Shown here: in pieces, positions 9,541 through 18,386 of the stretch
How positions within the stretch are numbered: the first letter of the stretch is position 1
Layout of the letters: each line of letters begins with the position of its first letter
Assembly (NCBI GenBank): GCA_964646815.1
Contig: CAZYFH010000014.1
Location: 927 to 64,926 of the forward strand
Reading direction: 5' to 3'
DNA length: 64,000 nucleotides
From: an uncultured Vicinamibacteraceae bacterium
GTDB lineage: Bacteria; Acidobacteriota; Vicinamibacteria; Vicinamibacterales; UBA8438
Translations under genes and position numbers: made by a program
Notes under the pieces: generated by a model
What the model was told of the DNA's origin: nothing
Database searches by the model: none
What the model saw: the letters and a program-made list of their open reading frames with translations, nothing else

Positions 9541-10645
9541 CTCCACGACCAAGCGAGGAACCCAAATATAGCATGCGCGTGTGGACGCGCCCCCCCCACG
9601 GCCGTGGGACGAACAACTCCTCGAAGAGGCTGATCGCAAACCGATCGGTCATTCCCGCGAGGAAGTCGCAGGCGGAGACGTCCAGGCCATCTCGTTGGAG
9701 CGTGCGCGCATCGAGAAAGCGCTCCGGCGCACCCCTCACCTTATCCCACAGTCCGGCAAGAATGCCGTACGCCTTTTTGAACTCTGCCGTGGCCACCTCG
9801 TTCTCGTAGACCGCGGTGAACAGGAACGCGCGCAGATCGAGCGTCGCCTGCAACACCTCCGTGCTCATCTCAATCTCGGGCGCATCCCCCCGTTCGAGGG
9901 TCCGCTCGACGACGTCGGCCACCATGCAGCCGATCCGGGCCGATGAGGACGAACCGAGCACGCCGATCGCTTCCCGTGGCAGGTCATCGGGGCCGAGCAC
10001 ACCGGCGCGGATAGCATCGTCGATGTCGTGGTTCACGTAGGCAATGATGTCGGCCACACGCGCGACTTGCCCCTCGAGGGTCGCGGTGCGGTGCTCGGGG
10101 TCGGCCCCTACCGGTGCGCCCTGTTTACCCTTCGAGTGCTTGGCAATGCCGTCACGCACCTCCCAGCACAGGTTGAGGCCGGCGCCGTCCTGCTCAAGCA
10201 CGTCGACGATGCGCAGGCTCTGCTCGTAGTGGTTGAAGCCGTCGGGGCTGAGTTGTTGCAGCACACGCTCGCCAGCGTGCCCGAACGGCGTGTGCCCGAG
10301 GTCATGCCCGAGGGCGATGGCTTCGGTAAGCTCCTCGTTGAGTCGGAGCACCTTCGCGATCGTGCGCGCAATCTGCGATACCTCCAGCGTGTGCGTAAGT
10401 CGCGTGCGGTAGTGATCGCCCGTCGGCGCGAGGAACACCTGGGTCTTGTGTTTGAGCCGGCGAAAGGCCTTGGAGTGTACGACCCGGTCACGGTCGCGTT
10501 GGAACGCTGGGCGGATCGGGTCCTCGGGCTCGGGACGGAGACGACCCCGGCTGGCACTGCTGCGCGCCGCCCAAGAAGCGAGCGTGTCCTGCTCGCGTGC
10601 CTCCAATTGGGCGCGCAGCGCTCCTGTAATCGCTCGGTCGGGCAT
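9533..10645 (-). CDS. dgt: dGTP triphosphohydrolase-like HD-domain protein
   Basis: 370 aa. HD motifs (RLTHTLEV, GHDLGHTPFGH, DIIAYVNHDIDD) typical of the dGTPase family. Confidence 0.85.
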   Translation of the reverse strand: MPDRAITGALRAQLEAREQDTLASWAARSSASRGRLRPEPEDPIRPAFQRDRDRVVHSKAFRRLKHKTQVFLAPTGDHYRTRLTHTLEVSQIARTIAKVLRLNEELTEAIALGHDLGHTPFGHAGERVLQQLSPDGFNHYEQSLRIVDVLEQDGAGLNLCWEVRDGIAKHSKGKQGAPVGADPEHRTATLEGQVARVADIIAYVNHDIDDAIRAGVLGPDDLPREAIGVLGSSSSARIGCMVADVVERTLERGDAPEIEMSTEVLQATLDLRAFLFTAVYENEVATAEFKKAYGILAGLWDKVRGAPERFLDARTLQRDGLDVSACDFLAGMTDRFAISLFEELFVPRPWGGRVHTRMLYLGSSLGRGDG

Positions 10646-10668
10646 CTGGGCGTTGGCGGACCTAACCT

Positions 10669-10754
10669 AGATGGGGCTTTGCCCCAAGCCCCCGCGACTG
10701 CTTCGCGCGGACCCTGAGCACCCCACTCCGTGGTCGCGAGGCGCGCTGTGCGCG
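10669..10754 (-). repeat. GC-rich dispersed intergenic repeat, copy 1 (86 nt, inverted relative to copies 2 and 3)
   Basis: The reverse complement CGCGCACAGCGCGCCTCGCGACCACGGAGTGGGGTGCTCAGGGTCCGCGCGAAGCAGTCGCGGGGGCTTGGGGCAAAGCCCCATCT matches copy 2 at 67/86 positions ungapped (hand count). Confidence 0.8.
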
Positions 10755-10809
10755 CCTGCTGTCTCCAGCAATACGCAACTCATCTACAAGTGCCCGGCAG
10801 TCAAGACAG

Positions 10810-11061
10810 CTAGGAAGACACCTCTGACGCGTCGTTGACGAATAGTCGGATCGACACGATCGCGTGCTTGAACAACATCGAGTCGACGCCATTGTGGTCG
10901 ACCAGCACGGCAAACCGGTCGAAGCTCTTGATGCGACCATCGACCTCGGTGCCATCCATGAGGCGAATGGCGACGCGAAGGCGTTCACGTCGAGCACCGT
11001 TCAGAAAGGTGTCTTGCAGGTTGGGAACCACCGCCCCCTGATCCGTGTCGCGGGTCGACAT
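10810..11061 (-). CDS. hfq: RNA chaperone Hfq
   Basis: Sm1/Sm2-like core (LQDTFLN..R....V.I.L..G....G.I..FD.F.VL........LFKHAI). ATG at 11061 abuts the miaA stop. miaA-hfq synteny is classical. Confidence 0.9.
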   Translation of the reverse strand: MSTRDTDQGAVVPNLQDTFLNGARRERLRVAIRLMDGTEVDGRIKSFDRFAVLVDHNGVDSMLFKHAIVSIRLFVNDASEVSS

Positions 11062-12065
11062 TAGGTGGAATCGTCTCCGAGTGCGCCCAGCACGGTCGTC
11101 ACCGCGTCGTGATGCTCCCCCGGCAGCTGAATCCAACGTAGGTTAGGCTCTTTGCGAAACCAGATCAACTGACGTCGCGCGTACCGCAGGTTCTCCCGCA
11201 CGATGAGCTCGCGTGTCTCGCGCTCGGTGCGCACGCCTCGAAGGTGCTCGAGGGCTTGCCGATATACGAGCCCGCCAAACGGATGCGCGTCCTCCCCCAC
11301 CCCGGCCGAGAGCGCGCGCCTGATCTCGCCCAGGAGCCCGCCAGCAAATTGGCGCGCGACGCGGTCGGCGATCCGCTGCGCCAGGTGGGCGGGCGCGACC
11401 CGGAGACCAAACGCCACTACCCGGTAGTCGTCGAGCGGTGATTGCGTGTCGGCGAAGTGATCCGTGAGCGGCCGTCCGGTGAGCATGAACACTTCCAGGG
11501 CGCGGACCAGGCGCATTTCGTCCCGCGGCGAAATCCGGTCGGCTGACGCCGGGTCGACGCGGGCGACCATCCGATGCAGACAGCCGACGCCCCGCCGGCG
11601 GGCGACCCGTGCAAGGCGCACGCGCAGCGCCTCATCGCGGCCCGGACCCGGAAAGAGCCCTCGCGTGAGCGCCCGATAGTACAGTCCGGTCCCGCCGACG
11701 AGGATCGGAAGGTGCCCCCTGGCGGTGATATCTCGAATGGCGGCGGTCGCCTCCCTGGCAAAACGCGCCGCGGAATAGCGTTCGGTCGGATCCGCCACGT
11801 CGACCAGGTGGTGCGGGATCCCGCGGCGCTCTCCCGGCGGTAATTTGTCGGTGCCGATATCGAACCCGCGGTAGACCGCCGTCGAATCACAGCTAACGAT
11901 CTCACCGTTTCGACGCTGGGCCAGCGCCAGGCCGAGCGCGCTCTTGCCGGTGGCGGTCGGGCCGAGAATCGCAACGAGGCAGGGGCGGGACGCTTCGGTC
12001 GTCACACCAGACGTGACCACCGAAGGACCACGAGCAACGTCAGGACAACCAGCAGAACGAGCCAT
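11061..12065 (-). CDS. miaA: tRNA dimethylallyltransferase
   Basis: P-loop ILGPTATGKSALGL and the IPHHL motif. The true start is probably an internal GTG about 15 codons in. Confidence 0.9.
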   Translation of the reverse strand: MARSAGCPDVARGPSVVTSGVTTEASRPCLVAILGPTATGKSALGLALAQRRNGEIVSCDSTAVYRGFDIGTDKLPPGERRGIPHHLVDVADPTERYSAARFAREATAAIRDITARGHLPILVGGTGLYYRALTRGLFPGPGRDEALRVRLARVARRRGVGCLHRMVARVDPASADRISPRDEMRLVRALEVFMLTGRPLTDHFADTQSPLDDYRVVAFGLRVAPAHLAQRIADRVARQFAGGLLGEIRRALSAGVGEDAHPFGGLVYRQALEHLRGVRTERETRELIVRENLRYARRQLIWFRKEPNLRWIQLPGEHHDAVTTVLGALGDDST

Positions 12066-12130
12066 CCGAGCCGCTGCGCGCGTGTCGGGAGATGCATGGG
12101 CCCACGCTGGTTAAACCGCCCAGTGGACCG

Positions 12131-13243
12131 CTACACGGGCGGTGACTCGTTGAAATAGAACGTCACCGTGAAGAACGCCTGGTCGTCAGGGTATTCGGGC
12201 GGCAGTGGTCGGGTCGGGTTCGAGGACTGGAGCGCGTTGAACGCTGAGTTGGTGAAGGCACCGACCGCCGACGGCCGCTGAACGGTGAGGTCGGTCAGGG
12301 TGCCGTCCTTGTGCACGTAGAACGTGAGCACCACGTTGCCGTGCATACTGAACGCAGCGTACGGGATGAACCAGTTCCGGCGGATCTGCGCAATGAATCG
12401 GCGCACCCACGGGCCGAACTCGACGCCCTTGGTGTCGAACTGGAGCCAGGGGCCGAACTGGTCGGTGCTACCGCGCAGGTTGCCAAAACTCTCGCGCCGG
12501 ACGTAATCCTCGAGGTTTTCCATGGCGCGGCCGAGCAGACCGTCGGCCCTCAGGTCGGCCTCCGATTGCGGGTCAGGATCCTCCGGGCCCCCGCTCTGGT
12601 CGGGAACGACCAGGGATCCCTCGGCAGCCACCGCTTCCGTGCTCCCGTCTTCCGGCTCGCTTCGCTCACCAGGTCCCGGGTCGTCGGCGCTCTCCGATGG
12701 CGGCCGATCGGCGAGGACGTCAAGCAGATCGTCAACAGCCGAGTCCGGTTCGGGCACGTCGGTCGGGTTGGGTGAGTTGGCGTCCGCTGGCACGCCGATG
12801 CGCGGCGTCTCATCGAGCCCGGCATCGGGATCGTCCGTTTCAACGAACGTCGAGGAGTTCCCGAGCGCGTTCGGCAGGTTATTCAGCGGATCGTCTGACG
12901 ACAGCGGCGACTGAGCTTGCCGGTCGGTATCTGAGAGCGGCGCGTCCAATCGTGGTGGGTCCGGGGTCTCGAGATCGACCCTCGGCTGGACGAACACGAA
13001 CGGACGGTCGGTGTCGGCCGGCCGCTGCAGGGCGGCCGCGACTGCCTGCTCCTGGGCCAACTCCGCCAACCGCTCTGCCCGTCTCGCCTGAGCATCGCGG
13101 ACGAACGACATCTGCGGCACGAAGATTATGGCCAGTATGACGAGGGCGTGCGCGAAGATCGACAGCAACACCTGCTCGCGCCATGACATCGCCGCCTCGA
13201 CCGTCGGCGTCTCGAATCGGCGGTCGTCGAAGTCGAAGTACAT
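12131..13243 (-). CDS. TonB-family protein (N-terminal anchor, acidic/Pro-rich linker, TonB-C-like domain)
   Basis: N-terminal TM helix (VLLSIFAHALVILAIIFVP), a long D/E/P-rich linker, and a C-terminal approx 90 aa resembling TonB_C (NVVLTFYVHKDGTLTDLTVQRPS...FNAL). No exbBD genes adjacent. Confidence 0.65.
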   Translation of the reverse strand: MYFDFDDRRFETPTVEAAMSWREQVLLSIFAHALVILAIIFVPQMSFVRDAQARRAERLAELAQEQAVAAALQRPADTDRPFVFVQPRVDLETPDPPRLDAPLSDTDRQAQSPLSSDDPLNNLPNALGNSSTFVETDDPDAGLDETPRIGVPADANSPNPTDVPEPDSAVDDLLDVLADRPPSESADDPGPGERSEPEDGSTEAVAAEGSLVVPDQSGGPEDPDPQSEADLRADGLLGRAMENLEDYVRRESFGNLRGSTDQFGPWLQFDTKGVEFGPWVRRFIAQIRRNWFIPYAAFSMHGNVVLTFYVHKDGTLTDLTVQRPSAVGAFTNSAFNALQSSNPTRPLPPEYPDDQAFFTVTFYFNESPPV

Positions 13244-13316
13244 GAGGCACTTAGTTCGCGTGCGGATTCCAATTATACCAGCCCGGTCTGCACGCTCCGC
13301 GCACCGGGGGACTGTC

Positions 13317-13347
13317 GCCCGCTGGGGTTCGGGGCGAAGCCCCGTCT
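13317..13347 (+). repeat. partial copy (3' module only) of the same repeat
   Basis: GCCCGCTGGGGTTCGGGGCGAAGCCCCGTCT compared with GCCCGCGGGGGTTCGGGGCAAAGCGCCGTCT at 13434-13464. Confidence 0.75.
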
Positions 13348-13378
13348 CGAGAGGCCGAGATCGCGACTGTGGCCAAGG

Positions 13379-13464
13379 CGCGCACGGCGGGCCTCGCGAG
13401 CGCGAAGTGGGGATCTCGGGGTCCCAACGCAGCGCCCGCGGGGGTTCGGGGCAAAGCGCCGTCT
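13379..13464 (+). repeat. GC-rich dispersed intergenic repeat, copy 2 (86 nt)
   Basis: CGCGCACGGCGGGCCTCGCGAGCGCGAAGTGGGGATCTCGGGGTCCCAACGCAGCGCCCGCGGGGGTTCGGGGCAAAGCGCCGTCT. It ends 6 nt from the ubiE stop codon. Confidence 0.8.
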
Positions 13465-13470
13465 GATCTT

Positions 13471-14178
13471 TTAGGCGCGGCGGGCCTCATAGAGATAGAC
13501 GATGCCGAGCTGCAGCGGAACTGCTCGGATGGAGATGAACCCGGCAGCGCGGAGCAGACTGCACAGCGCCTCCTGTCCGCCGAACTCCCCGACCGACGCA
13601 GGGAGGTAGGCATAGGCGCTGTCGTGGCCGGAGATGGCCGCGCCCAAGCGCGGCAAGACGCGCTGGAAGTACCAAGCGTAAACCGATCGCAGCACTGGCA
13701 CGTCCGGCGTGCCGAACTCAAGAATCGCAATGCGACCGCCGGGCCGAACGAGGCGGTGCATCTCGGCCAGTGCGCGCGCCGGTTGCTCGACGTTGCGGAT
13801 GCCAAACGCCACCGTTGCGCAATGCGCGGCCGCGCTCGCGACCGGCACGCGTGTGACGTCGCCTCGCACGAGGCGTACGCGCTCCGCCAGCCCGCGACCG
13901 ACGATCTTTGCCTGGCCGCGGCGCAGCATCTCACCCGCAAAATCGACCCCGACGACCAAGGACGCGGTGGTCGGACCGCAGGTCAACGCGATGGCCAGAT
14001 CGCCAGTGCCGGTACACAGGTCGACCACCACCTCACCGCCGGCCAAATCCAACGAACGGACGGCGCGCGCGCGCCATCGGCGGTCGAGGCCGGCGCTCAG
14101 GACGTGGTTCAGGACATCGTACCGGCGAGCGATGCCGTCGAACATACCCGCGATGCGACGGGGGGTCTTGTCAACCAA
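13471..14178 (-). CDS. ubiE: demethylmenaquinone / ubiquinone C-methyltransferase
   Basis: MFDGIARRYDVLNHVLSAGLDRRWR plus the SAM motif VDLCTGTGD. The track ORF (to 14289) overlaps ubiX by 86 nt. TTG at 14178 gives a typical 235 aa length; start uncertain. Confidence 0.85.
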   Translation of the reverse strand: MVDKTPRRIAGMFDGIARRYDVLNHVLSAGLDRRWRARAVRSLDLAGGEVVVDLCTGTGDLAIALTCGPTTASLVVGVDFAGEMLRRGQAKIVGRGLAERVRLVRGDVTRVPVASAAAHCATVAFGIRNVEQPARALAEMHRLVRPGGRIAILEFGTPDVPVLRSVYAWYFQRVLPRLGAAISGHDSAYAYLPASVGEFGGQEALCSLLRAAGFISIRAVPLQLGIVYLYEARRA

Positions 14179-14203
14179 TGGCGCGGGGCGATCGGTGAGT
14201 GGA

Positions 14204-14818
14204 CTACCCGGTCCACGCGGGAAACAGCTGGTGATCGAAGCCCAGGGACGACAAGATCTTTCCGGCCATGAAGTCCGCGAGATCCTCAAGCGTCTTCGGC
14301 CCCTGATAAAACGCTGGCATCGCCGGCAGCACGTGGGCGCCGGCCTCCGCGCACGAGACGAGGTTCTTGAGCTGAGGCAGGCTCATCGGTGTCTCGCGGG
14401 GCACGATCACGAGCCGGCGGCGCTCTTTCAGCACGACGTCCGCCGCGCGCTCGATCAAATTTCGTGAGAGACCGTGCGCAACCCCCGCAAGAGTCTTCAT
14501 CGAGCAGGGGACGATGACCATCGCGTCGCACCGGTAGCTGCCGCTGGCAATCGAGGCGCCCACATCCTTGTTGCTGTGAGTCGCCAGGGTGTCGGCGCTA
14601 GCGACGACGCCGTAGCGCGAGTGGAGGTACGTGTCGAGACGATCGACGGACGCCTCCGCACCGAGTTCATCCCGCAGCAGGCGGCGGCCGTAGTCTGACA
14701 CCACTAACTCGACACGCGCATCGGCCGCCAACAATGCGGCCACGGTCCGCACAGCGTAGAGGGCACCGCTCGCACCCGTGACCCCTACGCCGACGACGTG
14801 CAGTGGCCTACCCGACAT
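14204..14818 (-). CDS. ubiX: flavin prenyltransferase UbiX (MqnL-type in futalosine organisms)
   Basis: 204 aa, VGVTGASGALYA N-terminus and flavoprotein fold motifs typical of UbiX/Pad1. Confidence 0.9.
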   Translation of the reverse strand: MSGRPLHVVGVGVTGASGALYAVRTVAALLAADARVELVVSDYGRRLLRDELGAEASVDRLDTYLHSRYGVVASADTLATHSNKDVGASIASGSYRCDAMVIVPCSMKTLAGVAHGLSRNLIERAADVVLKERRRLVIVPRETPMSLPQLKNLVSCAEAGAHVLPAMPAFYQGPKTLEDLADFMAGKILSSLGFDHQLFPAWTG

Positions 14819-15662
14819 AGACGGCCGCCGCCGTGGTCAGTAAATAGAGAATCCCGACGTACCCGTTCAGATCGAAGGCCTGTTTCACGCGCGACAGATC
14901 CTGTGGGCTGACGAGCGACTGCTCGTAGGCCAGCAGCAGCCCGACACCCGCGACCCCCGCTAGATAGACCGGTCCTAGCGCCGTAACACCGGCGAGCCCG
15001 GCCAGCGCCGTCACCGTGACCAGGTGGAGGGCGCGCGAGATCCAGAGCGACCGCGGCACACCGTAGCGCGATGGAATCGAATGGAGGCCGTGGGCTTTGT
15101 CGAACGACACGTCGTTGCACGCGTACAGAACGTCGAATCCCGCCACCCAGGTCCCAGTCGCGATCGCGAGCAGCCACGGCTCCCAACCGGGCCCGCCCCC
15201 CGCCGCCAGCCATCCCCCGACCGGCGCAACGGCCAGCGCCAGACCCAAGAACAGCTGTGTATAGCTCGTGTAGCGCTTGGCCAGCGTGTACCAGAACACG
15301 ATAGCAAGCGCGACGGGTGAGAGCGTGAAGCAGAGCGTACCGAGCGGATAGGTTACGCCAACGAACACCACTGCGGCGACGATGACCACACCGATCGCCT
15401 CGCTCCGAGAGATGCGCCCGCGCGGGAGCTCCCGGTCGCGCGTCCGCGTGTTCAGGGCGTCGAAACGCGCGTCGACCACCCGGTTGAATCCCATTGCCGC
15501 CGTACGCGCGCTCACCATCGCCGCGAGTATCCAGCCAACCCGCGCCCAGGTCAGTGGAACGGTCATCCCGGCCAGCAATGCACCGGTGAGCGCAAATGGA
15601 AGCGCGAACACGGTGTGGCTCAGCCGGATGAACGAAGCGTAGGTGCGGATGCGTCCAAACAT
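14808..15662 (-). CDS. UbiA-family polyprenyltransferase (MqnP-like)
   Basis: Multi-TM protein with UbiA motifs (NRVVDARFDALNTRTRDRELP; DVLYACNDVSFD). ATG checked at 15660-15662; the 82-codon extension in the track is non-homologous. Confidence 0.85.
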   Translation of the reverse strand: MFGRIRTYASFIRLSHTVFALPFALTGALLAGMTVPLTWARVGWILAAMVSARTAAMGFNRVVDARFDALNTRTRDRELPRGRISRSEAIGVVIVAAVVFVGVTYPLGTLCFTLSPVALAIVFWYTLAKRYTSYTQLFLGLALAVAPVGGWLAAGGGPGWEPWLLAIATGTWVAGFDVLYACNDVSFDKAHGLHSIPSRYGVPRSLWISRALHLVTVTALAGLAGVTALGPVYLAGVAGVGLLLAYEQSLVSPQDLSRVKQAFDLNGYVGILYLLTTAAAVYVG

Positions 15663-15957
15663 CACGGGGCGCCCGGTTTCCGGTTCGAGGCTCGCACTCC
15701 GAGTTTCATGGCTGGGCCCTGGCGCATGACTCGAGCGTCCAGGCCCAAGCCTGGAGCCTCCATTGCGATCACGAGCGGCCCCTGGTGAACGTCCCGCGTC
15801 GCACCAAGACCCCTCTGCACCCGAAGCGCGTTCGGCCATTGTGAGATGCGAGGAGGGAGAGAACTCCCAGTCTGTGACCCCACTGGTACACGGTCCAGCG
15901 CCGGCCATTGCGGGATGTAGCGCCGTTCGAATGCCGCGCGACGTACACCACGGGCTC

Positions 15958-17178
15958 CTAGATGTCCTCCAACCATGTCACCTGCTCAGGTTCGATCCCG
16001 CCCAACAGATATTCTTCCACATCGTCGACCGGGCTAGAAAGATCGACCGCGATCAGCGCCGCCTGCCGCCCCGGACGGATGGATCCGAACCGGTCCTCTG
16101 CAGCGAGCGCCTCGGCTCCGCTAACGGTCGCGCTCCGGAGAATGGCCGGTGCCGGCACGCTCGGTGCAATCCGTCGTAGCGCGGCGAGCTCCGCGAACAG
16201 GTTCAGGTCGGGCACGCTCGCCAGACTGTCGGTGCCGACAGCCACGCGCACCCCCGAGGCGAAGAACTCCGCGATGGGCGGCGTCCCGGCGCCGGTCCAC
16301 GCGTTACTGCGCGGACACGTCACCAGCGTCGCGCCTGACGCCGCGAGCCGATCCAGCTCGGCCCGGGTCAGGTGCACCCCGTGAACGGCGAGTGTCCCAG
16401 CTCCGGCCCACCCGAGCGCGTCGAGGTACTCGACCGGACCACAGCGCGGCGGATTCCACCCCGGCACCCACCGCCCACGCTCCTCGAGGATCGCACGCCA
16501 CGCACCGGTACCGCGCTCGAGCAGTTCAAGTTCCTCCGCCGATTCCGCCACGTGGACGGATCGCGGTCCAGCGTCATCAATCTCTCTGAGCGCCGCGAAC
16601 AGGGCGGGCGCGACGGAGTACGGCGCATGCGCCGCCACCGCCAACCGGACGCGCGCCCCTACTCGCGCATCGCGCTCCGCCTCCAACGTGCGTGCGACGG
16701 TTTGCGCTTCGGCCGTCCCGACGTTGAACCCCAGCACCTCGCGGAAGACGACCGCGTCGAGCGCGCTCGCCTCGAGCGCGCCCACAGACTGCTGTGTGTT
16801 GCCGACGTCGCCGACCAGGGCAGTCCCCGAGCGCCGGAGCTCCGTCACGGCAGCGGTCATCGCGGATCCGGCGGTAGCGTCGCCGAGAAGACTCCGGCGC
16901 GACATCACCCGGCTTGCCCACACCGGTTGAGACGCCGACGGCGGCACGGCGCCTCGCAGATCGGACAGCTCAAGGTGCGTGTGTGTGTTGACGAGACCCG
17001 GCAACAGGACCGATGACGGCAGCCTCACCACCCGCACGCCTGGATCATGGCGCGCGACCGGTCCCTCACCGACCGCAAGGATCACGCCGTTCTCGACATC
17101 GACATGACCGCTGCGAATCGGCGGCGCGCTCACCGGCACGACCCAGGCGGCGTGATATCGGGTCGGCCCGGCACTCAT
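15958..17178 (-). CDS. amidohydrolase-superfamily deaminase (candidate aminodeoxyfutalosine deaminase)
   Basis: Metal-binding HxH (GLVNTHTHLE) and a later GTDS motif of the chlorohydrolase / MTA-SAH deaminase family. The specific role is inferred from the 4-nt overlap with the mqn radical-SAM gene. Confidence 0.7.
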   Translation of the reverse strand: MSAGPTRYHAAWVVPVSAPPIRSGHVDVENGVILAVGEGPVARHDPGVRVVRLPSSVLLPGLVNTHTHLELSDLRGAVPPSASQPVWASRVMSRRSLLGDATAGSAMTAAVTELRRSGTALVGDVGNTQQSVGALEASALDAVVFREVLGFNVGTAEAQTVARTLEAERDARVGARVRLAVAAHAPYSVAPALFAALREIDDAGPRSVHVAESAEELELLERGTGAWRAILEERGRWVPGWNPPRCGPVEYLDALGWAGAGTLAVHGVHLTRAELDRLAASGATLVTCPRSNAWTGAGTPPIAEFFASGVRVAVGTDSLASVPDLNLFAELAALRRIAPSVPAPAILRSATVSGAEALAAEDRFGSIRPGRQAALIAVDLSSPVDDVEEYLLGGIEPEQVTWLEDI

Positions 17179-18386
17179 ATCTCTGTCTGACGTCGTTTTC
17201 CCGACCGACTGCGGGCGGGATACCGATCGAGCTCTGGTGGCACGCTCGTATCGCCTGCATCCCTAGCGACGGCGAGTGCGTGCATCCGCGGCACGTCGCG
17301 CTCGCGGAAGAAGGGATCTCCGAGGGTGTCGTAGTGCATGTTGCGACGTTTGGGGACGAAGCCGGCGTCTTCGATGTTGCGCACGATCTCGACCTCGTCC
17401 ATGCAGTAGGCGGCGCCCGCAGCCCGAACGACGTTCTCCTCAATCATCACGCTGCCCATGTCATTCGCGCCGTAGGCGAGGCTCAGCTGGCCTACCTTGC
17501 CCCCCTGGGTGACCCACGAGGCTTGCAGGTTGTCGATGTTGTCGAGGACCACGCGCGCAAGCGCCAGCGTGCGCAGGTAGTCGACGCCGGTCGCCTCGAC
17601 GCCGCCAAGCTCCGTGTTCGGAGGCTGGTAGCTCCAGGTGATGAACGCCGTGAAACCCCCAGTCTCATCCTGGAGATCTCGCAGGCGCATCAGATGCTCG
17701 ATGCGTTCCTCGGGACGCTCGACGGTTCCATACATCATGGTCGCCGTCGTCCGCAGCCCGGCTTCGTGGGCCGCGCGCATGACGTCGAGCCATTCGGCAG
17801 CGGTCGCCTTGCTATGGCAGTTCAGCCGCTCCCGCACACGGTCGACCAGAATCTCCGCCCCGCCGCCGGGGATGCTGTCGAGACCGGCGACAACGAGTCG
17901 GTCGATGACGGTTCGCACCGGAATCTGCGACAACCGAGAGAGATGAATGACCTCTGGTGGGGAGAGCGCGTGGAGCTTGAAGGTCGGATACTGCTCCTTG
18001 ACGGCGCGAAACAGATCCTCATACCACGTCAGCGGCAGATCGGGGTTGTGTCCACCCTGGAGCAATAGCTGCACGCCGCCAACCGCGATGGTCTCGTCGA
18101 TTTTCTTGAAGATCTCCTGGAATCCAAGCACATAGCCGTCCGGTGATCCTACCTGGCGGTAGAATGCGCAGAAGTTGCAACGCGCGACGCAGACGTTCGT
18201 ATAGTTGACGTTGCGATCGATGATGTAGGTAACGACGCCTTCTGGATGTTTCGCCGCGCGCGCCATATTCGCGAGCCGGCCCAACTCGTGCGTCGATGCA
18301 TGCCGGTAGAGGTCGCGCGCCTCACCGGCGTTCACCCGTTGGCCCGTGCGCGCTCGCTGCACCGCGTGCGCGGCTGCCTCCGGCAT
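17175..18386 (-). CDS. radical SAM menaquinone (futalosine pathway) enzyme, MqnE/MqnC family
   Basis: CxxxCxxC cluster motif in NYTNVCVARCNFCAFYR and a CofH/MqnC/MqnE-type C-terminus. ATG 18386 overlaps the mqnA TGA (TGATG). Its position between mqnA and the deaminase favours MqnE, but I cannot tell MqnC from MqnE by eye. Confidence 0.85.
   Translation of the reverse strand: MPEAAAHAVQRARTGQRVNAGEARDLYRHASTHELGRLANMARAAKHPEGVVTYIIDRNVNYTNVCVARCNFCAFYRQVGSPDGYVLGFQEIFKKIDETIAVGGVQLLLQGGHNPDLPLTWYEDLFRAVKEQYPTFKLHALSPPEVIHLSRLSQIPVRTVIDRLVVAGLDSIPGGGAEILVDRVRERLNCHSKATAAEWLDVMRAAHEAGLRTTATMMYGTVERPEERIEHLMRLRDLQDETGGFTAFITWSYQPPNTELGGVEATGVDYLRTLALARVVLDNIDNLQASWVTQGGKVGQLSLAYGANDMGSVMIEENVVRAAGAAYCMDEVEIVRNIEDAGFVPKRRNMHYDTLGDPFFRERDVPRMHALAVARDAGDTSVPPELDRYPARSRSGKRRQTEI

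Noticed and set aside
15925-15932. T-loop-like GTTCGAAT in the mqn intergenic gap as a possible tRNA.
   Set aside because: The flanking arms (GCGCC / GCCGC) do not pair and no acceptor, D or anticodon stems can be drawn. I found no convincing tRNA, rRNA, tmRNA or RNase P signature anywhere in the window.
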